A stretch of DNA of 64,000 bases from Squalus acanthias (GCA_030390025.1 CM059432.1:88290001-88354000); one strand, 5' to 3'. Numbered from the stretch's first letter, positions 35,865 through 48,422 are shown. Notes: a model not told the origin generated them from the letters alone. Made by a program: numbers and translations.

Positions 35865-37927
35865 TCTATATTGTAGCAGATCACCTGTCATTACAATCAG
35901 ACAGACTGCAGCCTCTGCTGACTCTGCTGCAATGCTGGTGTGATATGAGTATAAGTATCCAATGCATATGCAAAGTGTGAGTCTTGGAAAATGACACGAG
36001 TTGTATTTAGATACTATTCATTAGTGTTAATTAGTTCAACAAGGCTAAAGCATGGTTATCATCACTATAGGACCAACAAACTACCTCCACACCAGTAATT
36101 TAGCAGCACGCGATACACGAGGTTAAGTGTACACTGCTCCACACTCCCGAAATTCCTGATGCCTAATCAATGTGGAGCACACATGTTCATTGCAATACCA
36201 ACAATAATTTACAGACTCTACACATTAAAGGTACAAAGGGAGATTCTCTCCTGGGTGGGGCATTTATTTCAAACTTGACAATAAATAAGTGACCAGCATA
36301 AAACTTCCATTGTAAATGGGACTGGAGAGTGAATTCCAGCGCTCCTGGGACTGGACAGTTCAGGTCATAGGGAGAATTGCTGGAAAGTCTGCGTTGTGCT
36401 ATTTTATAACAGCAAGGATGCTATACCTTGTAAAACACACTTGTATTATATATATATTATATTGTATTATATATTATTACTCTAGCAATCAACTGACACA
36501 GACACAATGGGCTGAATGCCCTCCTTCTATGCTATAAACTTTTATATTATTATAACATTCAGTTGCTTTGTGTCTTCCTTTCTTCCTGTAAATATGTATC
36601 TCCTCTCTAATTCTTTCTGTCACTTTCTGTGTCTTTCTTTTTGTCTTCTACCCCTTGTTTCTCTCAAAATGCTTGCATTGTAAGAAATGTCCAGAAAATA
36701 ATTTGTGGCTAGTGATCGCATACCATCTGAACATTGAGAGAGCAACGACCTCTTCTGCTGATAAAAGGAAGAACACTGCCTGTAAGTGCACGAATGGCAA
36801 TGCAAGTGTAATCAATGGTGCCTTGTACTTGTGGAATGCTGTACTACTGGTAAAATTGGTCCACAGTTGCTGTTGCATGCTATTGTTGAATTTTGATGTA
36901 CGTAGATGTGTTGTGTAGCTATCATTTCAGTGTTGTAGCAGTGAATTCCATACTAACCGATCCGAGTGATATCTTCTGTTGGACAAATGCAGTGATGTTG
37001 AAAATTAGTGCAATAGTTATTTTCACTTCCCCTGGGAGGGCAGTCTGGTAGTTGCCACATAACTGCAGATCTGGTTCAGAGTTTACATGGGTTTAAGTTT
37101 GTATCTCTGTTGAGGCACAATGTCTTAACTTACTGCTCCTCGCTAAAGCCCTGGGAAGTGGTACATTGCCAGTAGTCACACTGCACCAGGTAGTACTGAG
37201 TCCTGAAAATCTGCCTCCTATACTCGCAAAACCTCCCATTCTGTGGTTCTTCTGCTACTGTTGCTCCTGCTCCTACAATATACCTGGCATTGGCAGGCTT
37301 GATGACATAACCATGCTACAGAGTTCATTTTAATTAGTATCTCCTCCTCTGCTCATCATTTTTGCCTGCCAGCTGTCTCCAGTTGTTTAAAACCAGCTTT
37401 AAATGGGAGAAATTAATGCAATGTGGCATTGAAGTAAATTGTAAGTAAATTTGGATGTTGAACGTTATTTGCGATTTGCCAATCATAAAATGCATTAATG
37501 TTGAGTCTGTGCATTAATGGACATTAGAAATATTTACTCCCAGGAGAAAGTTTAGGAGCATGAGGAAAAATGAACAACCATTCAATTAACGGAACTCATA
37601 AATTTAGCATCCCTTAATGCACAATTCGCATGTGTTCCCTCTAAATTTTTTTCCGTGCGCGGTCCCTTTAGGGGCCGCGCATGCGCGGTATCTCTTCCAG
37701 TGGCATCAGCTGGTGAGCGGCCTGCGCAGGAACATTGGAGTTAGCTCTAGTGCAGAATAAATTAAATCTCCATATAGTCTGATTTATAGGATCTACAAAT
37801 TGAACTGTCCCTCCATTTATTTGGGTTCTGTTAGGGCCTTTCCCATCACTTCTATCTAAAATGTGGGTAAATTTTTTTTACATTCAGCACTACACTCTTT
37901 TACATCTTAACTTCTGCAGAGTTTGGT

Positions 37928-38521
37928 CTACTCATCTGCTGCTGAAACCCTCATCCATGCCTTTTTTACCTCTAGACTTGATTATTGAACACACTCCTGG
38001 CTGGCCTCCCACATTCTACCCTGCGTAAACTTGAGGTCATCAAAAACTCGGCAGCCTGTGTCCTAACTCGCACCAAGTCCCGTTCGCCCATCACCCCAGT
38101 GCTCGCTGACCTACATTGGCTCCCAGTTAAGCAACGCCTCGATTTTAAAATTCTCATCCTGGTTTTCAAGTCCCTCCATGGCCTTCCCCCTCCCTAGCTC
38201 TGTAATCTCCTCCAGTCCCACAAGCCCCCTGAGATATCTTCGCTCCTCTAATTCTGCCCTCTTGAGCATCCCCTATTTTAATCGCTCAACCATTGGTGGA
38301 CGTGCCTTCAGCTGCCTTGGCCCGAAGCTCTGGAATTCCCTCCCTAAACCTCTCCACCTCTCTTTCCTCCTTTAAGACGCTCCTTAAAACCTATCTCTTT
38401 GAACAAGCTTTTGGTCATCTGCCCTAATTTCTTCTTATATGGCTCGGTGTCAAATTTTGTTTTATGACACTTCTACATTAAAGGCGCTATATAAATAAAA
38501 CTTCTTGTGGTTGTTGTTGTA
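37928..38521 (+). mobile_element. L2 LINE 3' fragment
   Basis: ETLIHAF.TSRLDY, HSTLRKLEVIKNSAA, ITPVLADLHWLPV, GRAFS...LWNSLP; tail AAAGGCGCTATATAAAT..(TTG)n. Confidence 0.92.
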
Positions 38522-40070
38522 CTTATTTTTGTCTGTTTCTCTCCCTCTACTACTCCTAATCTAGTGCTTGTTTAATGTTTTAGAGGACAATTTCCCTCAT
38601 TCCCTTCATCTGAGTGGCCATATTTGTAGGTTTAGGTCATTACCCTCGGCCCAATGTACCCCAGACACAGGCGACCCAACCCCTTGGCAGGGCCTCTTCC
38701 TTGGAAATTGCAGCTGAAATCCAAGCATTGCTGCAGGTCTGAGAGGAATGTCCAACATCAAAATTCTGCCAAATGGGTTTTATATAGACTGACTGTATTT
38801 TCTACTAGTAATGTGATAACATTTAACAATGAGATGCAGGATAGAAATTGAATCAAGGGATTCTGATGAGGTTATGCACCACAACGGCAAATCTTAAGTC
38901 GTTTCTATTGTTAACACAATCCCAAGGTTCAACTTTTACCACAGTCTTTTTTACTTGTAATAATATTAAATATACTATTGCCTTCTATAAGAAGGGTCTC
39001 GAGCGTAGCTGTTAACTTGGATTCAATTTATTTGCTTGATTAGCTGTTGTAGGGAAGGCGAAAACTGTTCAAATTATATAGAGCAGTCTGACATCATGGG
39101 ATATTCATGGCACAAATAATATACACAGTAGAAAAGGTAATAAAAATAAGAGTTATACTGGACCTAACATATTTAGCATTGAGTTACTGGTTTCCTAGTA
39201 ATACAATATGTACAGGAGGCATGTTGCGATATAACAGAAGAAAATATATAGCTTGTAGTGTATATTATAAACAGAACTGCTTTAGACTGACATCAACATA
39301 ATTAAAACATTGAGAAGATCTCATCTGAAACTGTGCAACTTGATGGAGTTTTAAATCATATTCCTTTTGGGCAATTTTAATAGTTAATGCATGGGAATTT
39401 GTTAATTGACTTATACAGCATAACATACTGATTGAGTCTTCATGTAAGTGATTATTAATGAGGCTCAGGCACAGAGACTAGAAATAAGTTTACCATGGAT
39501 TTGTTGATCCACATTTAGATTAGGAAGTAATTTAACACACTAATGGCAAAAGTCACCTCCGAAATGAGTTGTGCTATAAATGGTGCACCATAATGTTAAA
39601 TGAAGAATATTAGATATGATTCTTTTGTGGAGCAGAAAAAGCATGTGATTGTTTTTACACCATGAGCATGGCCTCATAAACCATGAATAACATTCTTTAA
39701 ATGAAATGCCATGATGGAATACTTGGAGTCTAACCATTTGCCATATGCTTGACCCGTAACACTGATGGGTAGCACTGGAGTAAAACAGAAAAACTGTATG
39801 CAGAAAAAATTGGAAATGCACAGCAGGTCTGTCAGCTTCTGAAAAGAAAGAAAAACACAGGTCAGCATTTCAGGTGGAGATGTTTTGTCAGAGCCCTGGT
39901 ATGTACCACTGCATTCACCAAAATAATGAACCAACAATTCTTTTTCAATAATTTGAATGCAGGCATTCTGACATCAAAAGGACTTTCATGGCACAAGCAA
40001 CACACATGGGAGCTAGCCAACCATAGAATATCGCATAACCCAACAAGAACTGCAACATCATGGATTATGT

Positions 40071-40237
40071 AAAATAAAAACAGAAAGGGCTGATAATATT
40101 CAGCAGGTCAGGCAGCTCATTGACCTGAAACGTTAACTCTGTTTCTCTCTCCACAGATGCTGCCTGACCTGCTGAGTATTTCCAGCATTTTCTGTTTTTA
40201 TTTCCGATTTCCAGCATCCGCAGTATTTTGCTTTTGT
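40071..40237. mobile_element. Penelope-type fold-back element with 14-bp TSD
   Basis: Inverted arms; perfect TSD ATCATGGATTATGT (40057-40070, 40238-40251); TCATTGACCTGAAACGTTAAC at 40117-40137. Confidence 0.82.
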
Positions 40238-40254
40238 ATCATGGATTATGTGCT

Positions 40255-40843
40255 TAGGTAATCCAACTTTCAGGCAGGCCTTTAAATTTGCGCCCAGCAC
40301 TCCTGCCCAAAACAGGCAGGAGCCTGCTTCAATATGCAATTGGGGCCTGACGTCTGTTTAGGATCCCGATTGCAATTTTCAAGGTGAATTGGACCAAGTA
40401 TCCACGGCACATGCCAATCTTGCTTTCTCCAGGCATTGAGAAGCCTAAATGGTAGTTAATAAAGGGACTGCTGGAGGCCTCACCCAAAAGGTATGTTTTT
40501 TTTAATTTTTTAAATGATTTTCGTGGGGCCAGGAGAACAGGAGTGCTCCTGCAGGCCCCACAAACATCTTCTGGCCCAGTGTCAACCCGTTCCATCCCCC
40601 CATCACCACCCCCCTGGTATCAGCTCCCCCCCCCCACCCCCAACAGACCGTACCTACCAACCAGCTGCATGCAGTAGCCAGCTGATGTTCCTCCTCACCA
40701 GACTGCCGAGCTGCAGCAGGGCGCCTGTTTAATGCCTGCAGCGCATCGAGACAAGGTTAATGAGGTCCGAAACTGAAAGGGGTTCAGGCCTCCCGACTGC
40801 CGCATTGGACGGGCGCCATGGGTGCACCATCAATATTGCTCCC
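40255..40843. mobile_element. Harbinger-type MITE (decayed)
   Basis: GC-rich block with the GGAGAACAGGAGTGCTCC motif shared with 35600 and 50570; ends CAATATTGCTCCC. Confidence 0.55.
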
Positions 40844-42329
40844 ATTCGGCATCCAACCAGTGTCATGGATATATAACAATGATGGCCACTCAGAAAAGTT
40901 TGTCACAGAAAAATGGTTGAGTTCCTGAGTTCCATCTGCAAAAAGCTACAAATGTCCTGGAATGCCATTCAGTTAAAATAGCATTTTACATATTTTGTCA
41001 CTGTAAATCACTGATCCTAATAGTATATTGTCCATTGCATGGCTAAAAACCTGTCATACAACAGTATATACTTCGGCTCAATGCAAGTGATGCCACGGGA
41101 GTTCTGCTAGTAAGTACGTAAAAGTGTGGTGCCAAGATACAGGCTATTATTGTTGCAAAATGATTGTGGATCCCTGGTCTACACTAGAATTTCATTTGTT
41201 TTAGTAGAACTACAAAGTGATTTTTTAGTCCTATATGTTCTGAGAATGAAACAGTATGTAGAGAAGAAGGCAAGGAATTGAGTGCAATGCTTGTTCTGCA
41301 TCCTTGCAGTGGATTGTCAGTAACTTATAGTGAGAATTGGCTGTGTTAGCAGAAATATTTTTTTTTAAATCTCTGAGGAACATTTTATGAAATGTTAGAT
41401 ATTTGCACCTCCAACTGATGGGACTGGATTCGTCTTCTCTTGGCAGGTTAACGCTGCAGTGGGACTCTGCCGCTAACCTGCTGGGCTGTCCTCCGGCGCC
41501 CTGTGATTATTATCAATGTAGGGGAGGCTAGGAGTGGTAATACTGCTCCTCATTGGGTTACTGATGCTGGGAGGCAGGGAAATGCATCTGAACCCCAAAA
41601 TGAGTTCACTGCTTGAAAATAGTTTGAGTACCTATTACTTTTTTATATTACCTTTGGAGTACAGGCAGTTTTATTTAATTTTTGCTTTTTTTGATAGTTA
41701 CACGTGTCATGGTAGAGTTTGATGGTCAGGCTGCTCAATGCAGTTGATACATGATAACAGCTTCAGGTTGTGATATAATCACTGTAAATGTATTTCGTGA
41801 TAATTTGCATCTAATTTTCAGAAAAGGATACAAAAGAACCCTGAGATTAACCAGCCTAGTAATTTGGATGCAAGTGAAGATGACTCTCATTCCAAAATGC
41901 TTCATATTTCAGAAAGCTTTGTAGTTTTGAGGATTTATGCTCCAATACTTCGGTTTATGTCCTCGAAGTAATGTTTTTGTAAATAAAATACTGGAATATT
42001 TTATGCAAGAACTGGAATATTTAATCTATGGCTGTATAAATATATATTATGATACAATTATGAAAAATTGGTCTACTGTTTAAAATCTTTGCAACGTTAA
42101 AATAATATTGCTAGTTCCCTTGATCCTCTTTAATAATTATGGAAGAATTAGTAGAGGTTTGTAATTTTGTTTTCAAGATATATGCATCAATATATACATG
42201 TAAAATACATGATTGGTGAAGCTTTCAAATAAACTAGAGTTTTTGTTGTAACAGTTAGTTGAAGCCCTGAACAGAAAAATTAACAGGTAAGAGGAAGAAT
42301 ATTGTTGCACTCTATAGCACAAAAATAAT

Positions 42330-43092
42330 GGGCCAGAAATTCGGCTCCCTGGCTTCCCGCGGGTGCAAGGATTGCGCGTGCACCTACCTACCGCGCCTGC
42401 CGTTGACCTCTGGGCCCACGGGGACTTCAGCTCCTGGGCCTCCTGCAGCTGCCGGCGCGCAGTGCTTGTGTATCCCAGGGGCGTAGTTAGTGCGATGCGT
42501 CCCCTGGGATCACGTGGGCCATGGAGAGCCAATGGTAGCAGACCATCTTTCATTCATAGATTTGACAGGACCTGTCAAATCTATGAATTGAAATCGGCCC
42601 CAAAACAACACCTAAACTTCAAATAATTTTTTTTTAAAACCATCACATTTTTAAAATAACTATAAGTTAAATAAATTAACTACTTCAAACAAAAATTTAA
42701 ATTTTTGAAAAAATTAAAATACTTTTTAACAGTGCTAAAAATAAACTTACCTTTCTTTAAAGTATCTAAAAAAGATAAACCTGTTGAAAAATTTTTAAAA
42801 TTGTAATTAATTAACCACTTACCTTGTTAAAAACGGGTCTTGCGCCTCCTTTTTAAAAGCGCAGCTTCTTCCATACTTACCTTCCCGGAGAAACCTGAAA
42901 AAAAAACGAAGTTCGCTGCGTGCGCGCAGCCTCTCCCGCGCACGTGGTTCACCTCTGAACCCCTCCCTTCACGAGACCGGAAGTTCCGGTTTCCCGCACA
43001 TGCGCAGTGCATGCAGGAAACCGGCACTTCAGGTGGCCTTACGGGTGAGTACACAGCGCGTACTCACCCGGCAAGTGACTAATTTCTGGCCC
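42330..43092. mobile_element. Harbinger-type MITE, family E, copy 1
   Basis: Perfect 12-bp TIR GGGCCAGAAATT / AATTTCTGGCCC; TSD AAT (42327-42329, 43093-43095); colinear with 60014-60755. Confidence 0.93.
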
Positions 43093-43703
43093 AATCAGTG
43101 TAAAAGGAAGTCTGAAAATTAAATCTGAAGAGAACACAGGATGAAAGTAACAAGATTTGGTATACAGTGTGGCTAAGAAATATTCTGGTTTTGTAAACAA
43201 TAAATCTAAGGAAATAAAAGGGACAAAAGAAAAAAAGCACAATGCTAGGAATGTTAAAACCTCATGTGTGATTGAACTGTTTGCTTCAGCTGGACCACAA
43301 TTTGGCCTAATGGAAATTACTTTTCTGCAAGTTAACCTTTTAAGTAAATTATTTGGAGTCTTCATTGATTAGATGCAAATGTTAATGGAACTGGTAATAA
43401 GTATAGACAGTACAGTAGTGCGATTTACTTCTGTTTGTATTTGAAAGAGGCCTTCTGCTGCAACAATAATTGAAACAAATGGGAATTCTGACAAATAGAT
43501 ACTGAAATAAGAGGATTACAGCACTGATTTGCAAATGTCCAATATCGAGTCTGAAACAGTTGATTGTGTTAAGTCAAGATGAACGATTGAAATGAAAGCA
43601 ATGTATTTTCTACTTCATTTGATGACAAAAATACCAAATTAGGACAAATTCACTTTAAGGATGAGACTATTTCATAGCTTCTTATTCAGCTTTGAAATAT
43701 ACT

Positions 43704-45050
43704 GGGGTGAATTTCATTGCTGTTTTCAGCACATTAGCAGTGCATAAATGACGCAGGAAACTTCCTGAACAGGAAAATCGGGTGAAAGTTGTTTTCACCT
43801 GTTGTGCACCTTTAAAATGCTTCCCCCGAGTTCCCTTGTGCTTTTTGAGCCTACTACCGATCTCATTTGCATATATCAGAGGACAAACCAGTGGTGCAGC
43901 AGCTTTAAATTTCCTGGGTTTACATTGCTAAAGCACTCTGAACAAGTTAGATTGAGATTTATAAGGCACAGCAACTGCCACGATCACCTAGTCAAAGCAG
44001 AATGAGGAGTCTCGGAACCTGTAGAGTCTGGAGAGTTTAAACACTGATTTCTGCAGCTTGGAAATGCTTTTTAAAGCATTTTTATTTGGATGTATCACCT
44101 CAAATACCTGAACTTGCTTTTGATTACTTTTCACAGGGTCAGCCCACCAGGAAATGTTTGGACCCGCCAACCCATAGTCAGGGCATCTCAGGAGCAGGTA
44201 TTACATTTCCCATGGGCATACCATGGGATGCCATTGTCATGGAGGAGGAGAAGCAGCACAGGATTGAGTTAAGGAAAGTCAGGCACCATTTATGAAGGAT
44301 GCAGCCCACCAGATATTACCCCCACCATGGAACATACAGCCAGCACAGATCTTATAAGGATGTCTCTGAGGAGCTCTGCATAAGAAGAGGGCACTTCACC
44401 AAACTTCAATGGTTCCAGATTTACATGGAGCAGACCATCAGAAAGATCCTCACTCAGAGGTGCCCTCACTGACTGTTACAAGGGGCATTAGAGGACGTAT
44501 CATCTTGAAAGTCATCTCTTCTGTGTACCTCAGTCTGCCTTCTAACACCGTGCTTCCCCTGGGTGCCTTTCTGTCTCTTATTCTAATGCTACTTCACAGT
44601 GCAACCTGAAGACCAGGATCACGGGAGGTAGTTGGCTCCTCATGCTGTACTGAAGGGTCATGAGACTGAGTAGACCTTTGTCTCATGCCAGCTTGCTCCT
44701 GGACAGTTTGGTGTTGCTTCCCATGTTCCAATGGTGTGGTGCTCTGTGTGGAAAGGCTGGACCCCTGGCATGTGCTGCTGAGAGATGGCAGTATCAGGCA
44801 GGTGAACTCCAATCATTGCTATTCCACTGGGCTCTGGATCTGTGGCTCCAATGATCAGCAGCATGGCTGTCTAATGGCAGCTATCAGATCCTGGAAGCCT
44901 TGAGACACAGCATTCTCCATAGTCTGGAAAACTGTAATTCCTGCTGCATTCCATTCTGTTCCCTATTGCCTCCAGATGCAGTCTGTGCTTCCATGGAGGC
45001 GGAGGCACTGGTTGGTCCCTGGCAGCTTCTTAGTTGGACGAGCAGTACCT
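43704..45050. mobile_element. Decayed Harbinger derivative with a transposase N-terminal remnant
   Basis: Starts GGGGTGAATTT; 44310-44403 reads YYPHHGTYSQHRSYKDVSEELCIRRGHFTK (compare CIRRLRFTK at ~12070). Confidence 0.6.
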
Positions 45051-45056
45051 AAGGGT

Positions 45057-46945
45057 ATGGTAGTGTAATAGTTATGTTATTAGACTAGTATTTCAGAAGC
45101 CTGGCCTACTAATCCAGAGAATATGGGGGGGAATTTTCCAAGGAGTCAGTGGGCACGATTGGTGGCTGGTGATTTTTTTTGACAACGGGTTGGGACCCCA
45201 CTGTCAACCCACCACCACACAACTTTACCAAATGTCGGGTCTGTCAGTGCTAAACAGCGGCGGGGGAGGCAATTCAGGTCATTATGACCTTGTTAACAGA
45301 GGATTAACAACAATTTTGAGCTCACCTTTAGAATTTACCAGCTCGCCAATGGGGTCCACTCTGCTCGGGGATCACGTTAGTTAAGCTGGGCAGGCGTTGA
45401 AAGGCCATGGAATCATCTCATTACTTGACAGCTTGAAATGTGCTATAAAAGCTCCCATCTCACAGCTGTTTAATTTCCAAGCTCAGAAGCTGTTGCTTAC
45501 TGCATTTGGAAGACAGATTGAGCTTTATGCAGCTAGCAAGTGTTTGGAGCAAAAACTGTATCCATGTCACCTCATTGGGACAACCTCTCACCATTGACAG
45601 ATTGCTTCTGTCATCTCAAGTTCACCTGCCATCTATTCCATCAGCATGAGTACGGTTTATACTCTCTCACGTTGGTCCTCAGAATCTGACCATGATCAGC
45701 CGCAACACCAGCATCACCAGGCACACCAGCAGCACCAACAACCACACCAACCTTCTCCGCAATCACCTGAGGCTGCACAAGACAGAGGACATCAGCACCC
45801 AACCACATTGCTGCCCAGGACACCAGGGATGGCCTCACCATGGCCACATTTACTTCACTTGACACTGCACACCCTGGCTGTCACTGATGCGTCAAGTTGG
45901 CATCACCCCACACCAACAACATAAAGCATCCCTACAATGCCCAAGCCATTCCTTTCACACGCATCACCATTACGGGGGGTACCGTTATGTCTCACCATTC
46001 ACTGTAACTCACTAAGCCACTTCCAAAGGTGCACACAAATCTGTTCAGGAATGCAAAGTGTTGAAAATAAAGATTTAAATGTTTGACAGCACCTTAACAG
46101 AAACGTCACATGAACATTAGCTAAAACACACAAGTGCCTACCCTTGTGTGTTGTTAGTTGGTATGATTGGACTAGGATGAGGGTGAGTGTGAGGGGTGGC
46201 TAGTGAGATGGGAAAGTGATAATGTAGATAGAGAGGGATGAGTGGAGGTGCAAGGTAAGTTGGTGTGAGTAAGGATGTAAGGAGTAGGATAAGGAAGGCA
46301 GAGTGATGGGGATGTGATGAGTGGCACAGCAGGATGAGGTTGAGTGTGGCTTTGCCGTAATGTTTTGTGATCTACTGAGATCATTGAAAGGTTTGCACAA
46401 CTACAGCCTGGTCCTCCTGCCAACATCCCTGCTTGTGTCCTCCTGTGCAATGTGCAACCAGGCTGCATTGGTCTCCTGGGGAGGTCTCTTCCACCTATTG
46501 GAAGGGAAGTCATGGGAGAGCCTGGGTGCAGCCGTGAACCTCTGTGCAGTGCTTGTCAGTGTTTGCAGCACCTCAATGCTGTAGAACACTGACAGCACAA
46601 CTGTCAAAGTAAATTTACGCATGGTCCCTTTAAGGAAACAGGCTGATGACGCGTCATCAAATGACGTCATCAGACCCGCTTCCTTCAATTGGACCAGGAA
46701 ACTCGCTGGGCGGGCTTAACAAGCCCAATCGGGGAAAGTCATGTCAGAGGCCGGGATGAAGACAGCAGCGAGGCCATGACCCGCCACCGACATCGCCCGC
46801 CACGGACCCTCCGAGGTAGGGGAAATCGCGGCCCATCAGTTCAAATCCCACCATGGAAGTTTTGAATTCAGTTTTAAAAAGCTGGTACCAGGAAAAGTGA
46901 CCATCAAGCTATTGGATTGTTGTAAAATCCTCACTGGTCACTCAG
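45057..46945 (+). mobile_element. tRNA-headed SINE-like fragment split by family B copy 2 (parts 45057-45124 and 46835-46945)
   Basis: A-box-like TGGTAGTGTAATAG on the left; B box AGTTCAAATCC on the right; both parts match the 5' end of the LINE at 53729-53865. Confidence 0.65.
45125..46834. mobile_element. Non-autonomous Harbinger derivative, family B, copy 2
   Basis: Ends GGGGGGGAATTTTCC / GGAAATCGCGGCCC; colinear with 17448-20126 without the RTE; antisense CKPFNDLSRS Myb remnant. Confidence 0.8.
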
Positions 46946-47679
46946 GTCATAATTCTGCACAAGTATAGTAAAAAATATTCTAAAGACATGCAGTAAAGTT
47001 ATTGGAGTGAAGTGAAAGCACTGTTCCTCTCTTACCTGTTTGTCCTCAGTCTGCTGCTGAAGAGTGCAGGCTGAACTGTGTTTTTAAAGGCTGTAGTAAA
47101 GTTTCCAGGTAGTTTAGCTGATTCCACCCATTTTATTCAGGTTTTACACCAATAACTACACCAATGAGTATAAAAATGAGCAGATCTAGGAAACCCTCTA
47201 GAGGCCATCTGTGGGTCCAAAATGTTTTTAAAGGTGCAACAGCAGCATAATAAGAAATTCACACCCCATAAATTTGGTACAGATCAGCAGACCTGGAGAA
47301 AGTTCTAACTTAAGGCTGAAACTCCTGTCCTTGCAGAACTATTCAAATACAAATATGTTTTGTCGAACTCAGTGACTTGTTTGTTTGAATGATAATCTCT
47401 GTTGGAAGGGATCCAAACTGAACAATTTGTTTCATTTGAACTAGATCTGAACTTCATAAAAAATAAACAAATCTCCTACATTTGGGTTTGCTGTTGACTT
47501 TTGATTTAATTCTAGATTTAAGCGTTGGACACACGTTACTGTTTCATTGGACATAATATTAAAATAAATGAAACTGCAATTGTAAAATCAGACCTATCGG
47601 CCGAGGATTCCTGTTGTACTGGTGGAATTTCAGCAGCTGGGAACTTACACACGACGCACACACTCATCGCTGACCCCAT

Positions 47680-48422
47680 GGCCCGGATTTTGCAGTTGTA
47701 ATGATGACAAAACTGTCAGCGTTCGCCATCATTACTGTGTGAAACTAGCAGCACCTTCTGGCATCCGCACATGCGCAGTTAAATGTGGAAATCCACAAGT
47801 TGCTGTCAGTGATTCCCTGCTCTTCCACAGGCTGTGCTGTTGAAGTCCCCACAGACAGCAATCTTTTTGAAATCACTGAACTTGCTAGAATTTCCCCTTT
47901 TACACTGTAATATCGCTGTTAAAAAGCCCCGAAAAAGTTAAGCCTTGTTCATTGAGGTGTAACTGCATTTTTAATGGCGTAGTGAGTCATAATTACTCCT
48001 GAATGACCTCACTGGCCCTGAAAAACTAATTTTATATATTTGGAATGTCAAATTTTTTCATTATGATAAAATTTCCATATTTTTTAATATAATAATTTTT
48101 TTTTTTTTACGATACGTCAGCTTCTACCTTAATCCCATGTGTATGTCCCAATCTTTACTTTGCTCTCTGTAAAATGTTTAAAAAGTGAAGGATAATCAGG
48201 TTATTTTACTTCCTGGTTTGCTGTCTGTGAGAATTCTTCAACGTGATTGGCAGCTTAGCCTGCTTGATGACATCACTGTTGCTGGACGCTGGAGATCCCC
48301 TAGACTTGGCGCCAGAATCATATTAATGTCGGGAAAGGTGAAATCGACACCACAGAGATCGCTAGATCTTTGTGGGCAGCTTTCTTCGAGGTCAGCGGCG
48401 AGTGCTGTCACTTTGCTGGGCC
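47680..48422. mobile_element. Harbinger-type MITE, family D
   Basis: Ends GGCCC / GGGCC; TSD CAT (47677-47679, 48423-48425); inverse homolog of 31440-32649. Confidence 0.75.

Noticed and set aside
36620..37400. Possible old LINE 5' region
   Set aside because: No diagnostic motif could be read with confidence.
39540..41050. Possible ancient coding remnant on the minus strand, interrupted by repeats
   Set aside because: Only short frame-broken peptides that I cannot assign to any family; a translated HMM search would be needed.
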